The notes beneath the pieces were generated by a model. It was given only the letters and a program-made list of their open reading frames with translations. It made no database searches and was not told the DNA's origin. This document shows positions 62,608 through 64,000 of a DNA stretch of 64,000 nt, in pieces. The stretch spans positions 5,122-69,121 of the forward strand of contig JAQWLN010000100.1 of assembly GCA_029247265.1 (NCBI GenBank). Reading direction: 5' to 3'. The stretch's first letter is position 1, and each line of letters starts with the position of its first letter. A program made the position numbers and the translations under genes. This stretch comes from Fuerstiella sp. GTDB taxonomy: Bacteria; Planctomycetota; Planctomycetia; Planctomycetales; Planctomycetaceae.

Positions 62608-63582
62608 TTACGCGCTCGTGTAATCGGCCAGCTGTTCCAGCAGCGCTTCCAGAATCGGCAGGTCTGTTGCGGGTCTTTCCGGAGCATCGGGATGAGTCAA
62701 ACCGGATGCGATCATGCCCCGCAGGTGCAGAAACTGTGCACACGTGTGTTTATACGCTGGCACTGGCGTTCGAAATGCGAAGAAACCCAGGTACTGCAGC
62801 ACATCGTTCAGCTGATAGAAGTTCAGATCACCGGATTCCCACATCCGGTCTCGCTGCCCAAACAGATCCGGGGCAAAACTGCTGAGACCCAGAAGGTAAT
62901 CGCTGCCGTACATCACCATATCAATGGCAAGGTCATTGCCGGTCAGCACCATGAAGTCCGGCCGTACTTCATTCCGTAAAGCCAGACGCTGCCATTCCAA
63001 ATCACGTCTCAGCGACGAGTGTTTGGCTCCGATGCAGTTGGACAGGTTCATCAGCTCACGATACACATCCAGCGAATAGATTTTTCCGAACGGAAGAAAC
63101 ACAGTGCCCAGTTCGAATCCCACGAATCGGCTGCACCGTTCCGCAATTTGACGGTACGACGCGACAATGTCATCGTCGGCCTGCTGCGTCAATCCGTACG
63201 ACTGAAAGATCACCGGAACGCCGCCGTTCTGTTCGATGTCATTCATCCGCCGCGAGTATTCATCCAGATCGAAACTCGCTCCCGGGGCATCCGCCAGAAA
63301 GGCGCCGGCCACAAACATGCCGCCGGACGTCAGTCTGTTTGTGCGCTGCAGCACTTCCAGTTTCGTCGCATCGTCCAGTAGATTGACGTACCCGGTGTCC
63401 ATATTGACAGCAGGAACCAATCCGGCTTCCAGTGTGCGTTCCACGTGGCCATCAAAGGCCGGCCAGTCAACGGTGCCGTCCGTCGCAAAAGGCAACAGCA
63501 CGGCCGACATGCCGGTAATCTTCCGGTTGCGAAGAACAGGCGGAACTGAGTTTGATGCAATTGTGGACACAGAGTTTCCCAA
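62608..63582 (-). CDS. Dihydrodipicolinate-synthase-family class I aldolase-like protein
   Basis: SAVLLPF...VDW; AVNMDTG; GAKHSS (probable Schiff-base Lys); TGNDL; YLLGLS. Confidence 0.85.
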   Translation of the reverse strand: MGNSVSTIASNSVPPVLRNRKITGMSAVLLPFATDGTVDWPAFDGHVERTLEAGLVPAVNMDTGYVNLLDDATKLEVLQRTNRLTSGGMFVAGAFLADAPGASFDLDEYSRRMNDIEQNGGVPVIFQSYGLTQQADDDIVASYRQIAERCSRFVGFELGTVFLPFGKIYSLDVYRELMNLSNCIGAKHSSLRRDLEWQRLALRNEVRPDFMVLTGNDLAIDMVMYGSDYLLGLSSFAPDLFGQRDRMWESGDLNFYQLNDVLQYLGFFAFRTPVPAYKHTCAQFLHLRGMIASGLTHPDAPERPATDLPILEALLEQLADYTSA

Positions 63583-63695
63583 GTGGAACCGGACGATTGC
63601 AGATCTGAGCGCTGACGCAACAGACCCTTGTGCGGGAAGGAAAAATGGAAGACGCGGCCCGACGACACAACCTGGCCTGAAGCACGCAAAGCTAT

Positions 63696-64000
63696 TCAGT
63701 TGGAAGTCGGCTTCTTCCTGCCTGGAGCATACCTGAACGCCGTTAATTTTCCTTCCATCATTTCAGGAACGATAATCAGCTGTTTGTCGACAAGGTAAGC
63801 GTGATCGGCCACACCCTGAGGAAAGTTCATCAGCAGTCGAGCTTTCCCTTTTTTGTTAATGCGAAACAGCTTACCGTTGCGCCAGTCAGTCACGATGTAG
63901 CCTCCCTTGCCGTCGGCCTCGATGCCGTCCAGGTGCCCAACGGGCTCCGGCGTAATTGCAGTCATCTTCTTCGTACGGAGATTGATCTTCTGCAGACGGC
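63696..64000 (-). CDS. Beta-propeller protein (SMP-30/gluconolactonase-like), C-terminal part; runs off the window end
   Basis: [25 protein letters not shown]...GVADHAY...[14 protein letters not shown]. Confidence 0.7.
   Translation of the reverse strand, partial: RLQKINLRTKKMTAITPEPVGHLDGIEADGKGGYIVTDWRNGKLFRINKKGKARLLMNFPQGVADHAYLVDKQLIIVPEMMEGKLTAFRYAPGRKKPTSN

Noticed and set aside
1-64000. CRISPR arrays, tRNA/rRNA genes, transposases, integrases, prophage
   Set aside because: None seen by eye: no regularly spaced repeats and no such motifs in the ORF track. A tRNAscan/Infernal run would be needed to exclude small RNAs.

Overview
A 64-kb chromosomal segment that looks planctomycete (probably Planctomycetaceae). 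This is inferred from gene content: three DUF1501 genes, two PSD1/PSCyt cytochrome c proteins, a DUF1552/DUF1592 pair, a BatA-vWA cluster, three intact sulfatases and a DUF11 protein. Housekeeping genes (murE, murF, nhaA, rplM-rpsI, mgtE, LOG, STAS) alternate with phylum-typical genes of unknown function. I found no rRNA, tRNA, CRISPR array or transposase. The main observations are: (1) a 12-kb four-gene envelope-type operon (two MIDAS-bearing vWA proteins, a ~1900-aa coiled-coil protein and an alpha/alpha-barrel protein) with no adjacent MoxR/DUF58; (2) an in-frame chimera joining the first 19 codons of a pirin to the C-terminal part of an OprO/OprP porin; (3) a secreted CCAP-repeat protein with ~26 Cys; (4) several decay scars, namely back-to-back C-terminal relics, a serine hydrolase with three lesions, a truncated tandem TPR duplicate and an arsR start defect; (5) three kinds of REP-like palindromic doublet; (6) a TetR operator pair read directly from the sequence. 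All family assignments come from motif recognition by eye; no database search was run.
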